Source: Solirubrobacteraceae bacterium (GTDB lineage: Bacteria > Actinomycetota > Thermoleophilia > Solirubrobacterales > Solirubrobacteraceae). From it: a stretch of DNA of 64,000 nucleotides. The notes beneath the pieces were generated by a model. The model did not search any database. It was not told where the DNA came from and saw nothing but the letters and a program-made list of their open reading frames with translations. Position numbers and translations under genes: made by a program. The first letter of the stretch is position 1, and every line of letters begins with the position of its first letter. Of this stretch, positions 60,024-64,000 are shown one piece after another. The stretch lies in assembly GCA_030151725.1 (NCBI GenBank), contig JASLDD010000113.1, positions 5,213 to 69,212 on the forward strand, in the 5' to 3' direction.

Positions 60024-60413
60024 CTAGCCCTCTGCGTAGCGTGCAACCGTGAACGCGATCAGCACAGGCACGTGCACCGCGAACACGACCAGCGAAAGCG
60101 TCAGCACCACCAGCGGCCCGCCGCTCAGATGGTCGCGCAGGAACGCATACTCGATCATCCCCGCCACCACCACATAGCCCAGCAGCGCCCACCTGGCCAC
60201 TTCAAAGAAGCGATCCCACGCAAAGCCCTGCACCCGCGCAAGCGACGCCAGGTTGCCAGCCAGCAGCAGCGCCGATGCGCACAACAGGATCACCGCCGGC
60301 GCCAGCGCAACGTGGTCGGGGATGTGTGACGACAGGTAGATGCCGCCAGCCACGATCAGCGCCAGCGACAGCATCCCCACCTCCGTCACCGGCGGCAGGC
60401 GGCGTTCGCTCAT
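60024..60413 (-). CDS. Small membrane protein (about 4 TM)
   Basis: 129 aa, hydrophobic; ATGA overlap with the upstream gene. Confidence 0.7.
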   Translation of the reverse strand: MSERRLPPVTEVGMLSLALIVAGGIYLSSHIPDHVALAPAVILLCASALLLAGNLASLARVQGFAWDRFFEVARWALLGYVVVAGMIEYAFLRDHLSGGPLVVLTLSLVVFAVHVPVLIAFTVARYAEG

Positions 60414-61030
60414 CCCGATGCCAGCTTCGTCATGATCACAAGCGTCGCCACCTGCATCGCTCCTGTCGCTCCCGCCGTGTAGAGGAAGCGTTTCATCAGC
60501 CGCTCGATCACCTCTGGTCGTGGCTGCGGCTTCTTCAACTCGATCAGCACAGCGATGTTCGCCGGCTCAAGCAGACCCAGCGCGATCACCGCCATGATCC
60601 CCACCACTATGTAGCTCGCCACCACCCAGCCGTGCAGCGGATAGCTCGTCTGGTTGTAGCCAAGCTTCGTCGCCAGCTGCCAGCCCCCCGCCAGCGTCAC
60701 CGTCACCACCGTCGGCATCAGCAGCGCCATCTTCGGCATCAGCTTCGTCGTGAACTCGATCCGCGCCGGGATCGACATGCGCCCGATGATCGGACCCAGC
60801 ACAAAGCCCAGGAACAGATCGATCACCGTCCACGCCGCCCCGCCCACAACGTGCATGAACGTAAGCGGCCAGATTTCGTTGACCGCGATGCCCACTATCG
60901 CCGCCACCAGCACGGCGCCCACGATCGGCAGACCCGCACGCGGGATCACCTGGAAGTCGGGCCGCTCCATCGCGGGCGGCTGCGCATCCGCCATGGCCCC
61001 CGGCGCGGTCGTGATGGCAACGTCAGCCAT
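60410..61030 (-). CDS. Membrane protein, DUF2269-like
   Basis: About 5 TM helices; FMHVVGGAAWTVIDLFLG. TAGATT lies 6 nt before the ATG. Confidence 0.65.
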   Translation of the reverse strand: MADVAITTAPGAMADAQPPAMERPDFQVIPRAGLPIVGAVLVAAIVGIAVNEIWPLTFMHVVGGAAWTVIDLFLGFVLGPIIGRMSIPARIEFTTKLMPKMALLMPTVVTVTLAGGWQLATKLGYNQTSYPLHGWVVASYIVVGIMAVIALGLLEPANIAVLIELKKPQPRPEVIERLMKRFLYTAGATGAMQVATLVIMTKLASG

Positions 61031-61039
61031 CGGACAAAT

Positions 61040-61387
61040 CTAACGCGTAGGCGGGCGGAATGCCAGTGGTGCCGAGGTGTCCTCGAGCAGGCGCGAATCG
61101 GCGCGCATCCACGTCACAGCGGCCGTCACAGCCGAGACCGCCAGCACCGACGGCCACGCCCCGATCGCCCGCGCCAGCGCATGTGAGATGACGAACGCCG
61201 TAAACGCCACGCCCGTCAGCTCCGCTGCCGTGCGCGCGCCATGGCGGAGCGTCCACGTGCGCATGCACCACAGACCTCCCGCCAGCATCGCCGTGCCGCC
61301 CAGCGGCCTCGAGCCGCTCGCAACCGCCACGCCAAAGCCCACAATCAACGAGCCCGCTGCAACCGGCGCTGTAGGGATCTGGCGCAT
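61040..61387 (-). CDS. Small membrane protein
   Basis: 115 aa, hydrophobic; SHALARAIGAWPSV. TAGTCT lies 6 nt before the ATG. Confidence 0.7.
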   Translation of the reverse strand: MRQIPTAPVAAGSLIVGFGVAVASGSRPLGGTAMLAGGLWCMRTWTLRHGARTAAELTGVAFTAFVISHALARAIGAWPSVLAVSAVTAAVTWMRADSRLLEDTSAPLAFRPPTR

Positions 61388-61439
61388 CTCGCCAGACTAG
61401 CGCGGCCACGCCCCACCGCGTCATACTGCTGCGTTGCTT

Positions 61440-62678
61440 ATGGAGGCCGTGCCCAGCATCCGCAATGAGCACCCCACAAGCGATCCCCGGGAGGCTCAAC
61501 CGGTGAGCGTCCTACTGGTCGAGGACGACGACGGCGACGCCCTGCTCGTCGAGGACCAGCTCGCCGACTGGCCGTGGCCCGTGCAGCTCGTGCGCAGCCG
61601 CACCCTCGCGCAGGCGTTGGCGGCCCTCGACGCTCACATCGACTGCGTGCTGCTCGACCTCAGGCTGCCCGACGCCGTCGGCCTCCAGGCCGTCGAAGCG
61701 CTCCGGGCGCGCACGCCCGGGGTCGCCCTGATCGTGCTCACGGGGCTCGACGACGAGGCAGCCGGCATCTCCGCTGTGGAAGCCGGGGCCCAGGACTATC
61801 TCGTCAAGGGCAAAGTCACCCCCAGCGAGCTCACCCGCGCAATCCGCTACTCGCTCGGACGCCGCCAGGCCGAGGAGGCAAGCCAGCAGCTGCGTCTCGC
61901 CCAAGCCCAAGCACGCGAGAACTCCCGCCTCGAACGCGGCCTTGCGCCCAGCCCGCTCCTGGGCGACTCTCCCGTGTGGATCGCCTCGCGCTCGCGTCCC
62001 GGCCGCGAGCAAGCGCTGCTCGGCGGCGACTTCTACGACGTCGTCCAATCGCCCGACGGCAGCCTGCGCGTGCTCATCGGCGACGTCTGCGGGCATGGCC
62101 CCGACGAGGCTGCCCTCGGCGTCAGTCTGCGTGCCGCATGGCGAGCGCTGGCTCTGTCCGGCGCCGACAGCGACGTCATGCTCCACACCCTCGCCTCGGT
62201 GCTCGCGCACGAGCGCCACCTCCCCAGCCTGTTCGCCACCCTCTGCATCCTCGAGCTCGAGCCCTCCGGAGAGGCCGTGCGCATGATCCTCGCCGGGCAT
62301 CCCCCGCCGATGCTCATTGCCGGCGGCGCCGTGTCGGCTCTCTCTGAGAGCCACGGCGGACCGCCGATCGGGTTGAGCGACGGCAAGTGGCCCGGTGAGC
62401 GGCTGGAGCTCCCGCCCGACTGGACCATCCTGCTCTACACAGACGGCATCACCGAGGCGCGCGTCGAGGGCGAGAGCAGCCCGGCGCGCCTCGGCGAAGA
62501 CGGCCTCGCGCGACTGACCGCCCAGCACCTGGGGCAAAGCCCCGACTGGCGCGCGGACCCCGCCCGCCTGCTCGAGGAGCTCATCAGCCACGCCGAGCAG
62601 CTCGGCGGGGAGGCCTTGAGCGACGACGTCGCCATGCTCCTGATCGGCTCGCACCCGCGGCGAACCCCACAGCCGTGA
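61440..62678 (+). CDS. Receiver domain fused to a SpoIIE/PP2C phosphatase (RsbU/RsbP-like)
   Basis: LLVEDD, LLDLRLPD, AQDYLVK; GGDFYD, GDVCGHG, AGHPPP, YTDG, DDVA. Confidence 0.93.
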   Translation: MEAVPSIRNEHPTSDPREAQPVSVLLVEDDDGDALLVEDQLADWPWPVQLVRSRTLAQALAALDAHIDCVLLDLRLPDAVGLQAVEALRARTPGVALIVLTGLDDEAAGISAVEAGAQDYLVKGKVTPSELTRAIRYSLGRRQAEEASQQLRLAQAQARENSRLERGLAPSPLLGDSPVWIASRSRPGREQALLGGDFYDVVQSPDGSLRVLIGDVCGHGPDEAALGVSLRAAWRALALSGADSDVMLHTLASVLAHERHLPSLFATLCILELEPSGEAVRMILAGHPPPMLIAGGAVSALSESHGGPPIGLSDGKWPGERLELPPDWTILLYTDGITEARVEGESSPARLGEDGLARLTAQHLGQSPDWRADPARLLEELISHAEQLGGEALSDDVAMLLIGSHPRRTPQP

Positions 62679-64000
62679 GCGCAAACGCCCCAGAGCACTC
62701 TCACCGAGACTCCACGAGCCGGCAGGGCATCCGCGTCGGGCAATGGCTCGCGCTGAGCATCGGCGTCCTGCTCGCCTTCGCCATCGCCGGGATCGGGCTG
62801 GCGCTGCTCGCCAACGCGCGGCTGGGCGAACAGCGTGAGCTGCTGCTCAACCACGTCGGTCCCGCGCTTCGCACCTCACTCGAGCTGGAAAACGCGCTCG
62901 TCAACGAGGAGACCGGCGTGCGTGGCTACGCGCTCACCGCCGAGCCGCGGTTCCTCGAGCCCTACCACAGCGGCCTGGCCGCACAGGAAAAGGCCTTTAC
63001 GAGCATGCGCACCTACGAGACCAGCGCCACCAGCCAACTGCCCGCAGACCTCGCCGCCGTGCGCGCGCGGGCCGAAGCGTGGCGCAGCAGCTACGTGCTG
63101 CCAATTCTCGCCCAGCCCCGCCGCCCGAACGCGACCGCTCTCGACACTCGCGGCAAGCAGCTCTTCGACGCCATCCGCCGCGCGCTCGAACGGCTGCACG
63201 CGAACCTCACACGCAGGGACAACGAAGTCCGCCGTCAGTTCTTCCACGAGGCCAAAGTCCTCGAACTCGTACTGATCCTGGCCGGCGCCCTGATCCTCGG
63301 CAGCGTCGCCGGTGCCGGCTTCATGTTGCGCCGCATCATCACCCGCCCGCTCGAGCGCCTCGGGGGGGAGGCACGGCGCGTGGCCGGCGGGGAGTTTGAC
63401 TCGCCGCTCGCCGCCCCCGGCGGGGCACGCGAGATCACGCTGCTCGCGGGAGAGCTCGACGGCATGCGCGAGCGCATCGTCCACGAGCTCGCCCAGGTAT
63501 CGAGCGCCCGCGGCGCCCTCGAGGCGCAGGCTCTGGAGCTCACCCGCTCCAACGCCGAGCTCGAGCAGTTCGCCTACGTCGCCTCGCACGATCTGCAGGA
63601 GCCCTTGCGCAAGGTCGCGAGCTTCTGTCAGGCGCTCGAGCAGCGCTACAAGGGCCAGCTCGACGAGCGCGCCGATCAGTACATCGACTTCGCAGTCGAC
63701 GGCGCCAAGCGCATGCAGATCCTCATCAACGACCTGCTCGCCTTCTCCCGCGTCGGGCGCAGCGGCCACCGGCACGAGCTGCTCCAGCTGGATGAGATCG
63801 TCGCCGCCGCCCAGTCCTCGCTCGGCCAGACGCTGAGGGATACCGGCGCCACCATCGAGGTCGGCGAGCTGCCCGTCGTCCTCGGTGAGCGCGTGCTGCT
63901 CGTGTCCCTCTTTCAGAACCTCATCGCCAACGCCCTCAAGTTCCACGGGGATGAGCCGCCGTACTTGCGCATCGCGGCCGAGCGCAGGGGCGAGGAGTGG
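62675..64000 (+). CDS. CHASE3-HAMP sensor histidine kinase, 3' end beyond window edge
   Basis: Not in the ORF track; translated manually from GTG 62675, which overlaps the upstream TGA. TM helix, NEETGVRGYALT...FLEPY (CHASE3), TM, ITRPL (HAMP), LEQFAYVASHDLQEPLR, FQNLIANALKF. Confidence 0.92.
   Translation, partial: MSANAPEHSHRDSTSRQGIRVGQWLALSIGVLLAFAIAGIGLALLANARLGEQRELLLNHVGPALRTSLELENALVNEETGVRGYALTAEPRFLEPYHSGLAAQEKAFTSMRTYETSATSQLPADLAAVRARAEAWRSSYVLPILAQPRRPNATALDTRGKQLFDAIRRALERLHANLTRRDNEVRRQFFHEAKVLELVLILAGALILGSVAGAGFMLRRIITRPLERLGGEARRVAGGEFDSPLAAPGGAREITLLAGELDGMRERIVHELAQVSSARGALEAQALELTRSNAELEQFAYVASHDLQEPLRKVASFCQALEQRYKGQLDERADQYIDFAVDGAKRMQILINDLLAFSRVGRSGHRHELLQLDEIVAAAQSSLGQTLRDTGATIEVGELPVVLGERVLLVSLFQNLIANALKFHGDEPPYLRIAAERRGEEW

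Overview
High-GC, gene-dense bacterial chromosomal DNA. It is most likely from an actinobacterium; the protein styles suggest Thermoleophilia/Solirubrobacterales, but that is inference. Bases 1-38.9 kb are a very large cell-surface glycan locus: about 17 soluble GT2/GT4 glycosyltransferase genes, three GT-C-type membrane proteins, a polyprenol-phosphate glycosyltransferase, Wzt/Wzm ABC export with a probable chain-terminating methyltransferase, a separate Wzx flippase, a CDP-3-C-methyl-6-deoxyhexose pathway and an embedded VapBC pair. Bases 39-64 kb carry three secreted arylsulfotransferase (ASST) paralogues, a cytosolic sulfotransferase, P450, HU, a GlcD-like oxidase, an isobutyryl-CoA-mutase-type B12 mutase, a tandem TetR, a desaturase with a two-component system, oxidoreductases and a PP2C/CHASE3 signalling pair. 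The main signals the gene list does not explain are: (i) three copies of a long palindrome (core GCTGTATAGCCATGGCTATACAGC, with lox-like 13+8+13 geometry) that mark both ends and the convergence point of a 9.8 kb sulfotransfer/desaturase module; (ii) a strong, gene-orientation-independent GC-skew flip near 41-42 kb; (iii) a second small hairpin repeat. All product calls come from motif recognition by eye; no database searches were run. No rRNA, tRNA, CRISPR array, transposase or integrase was seen.
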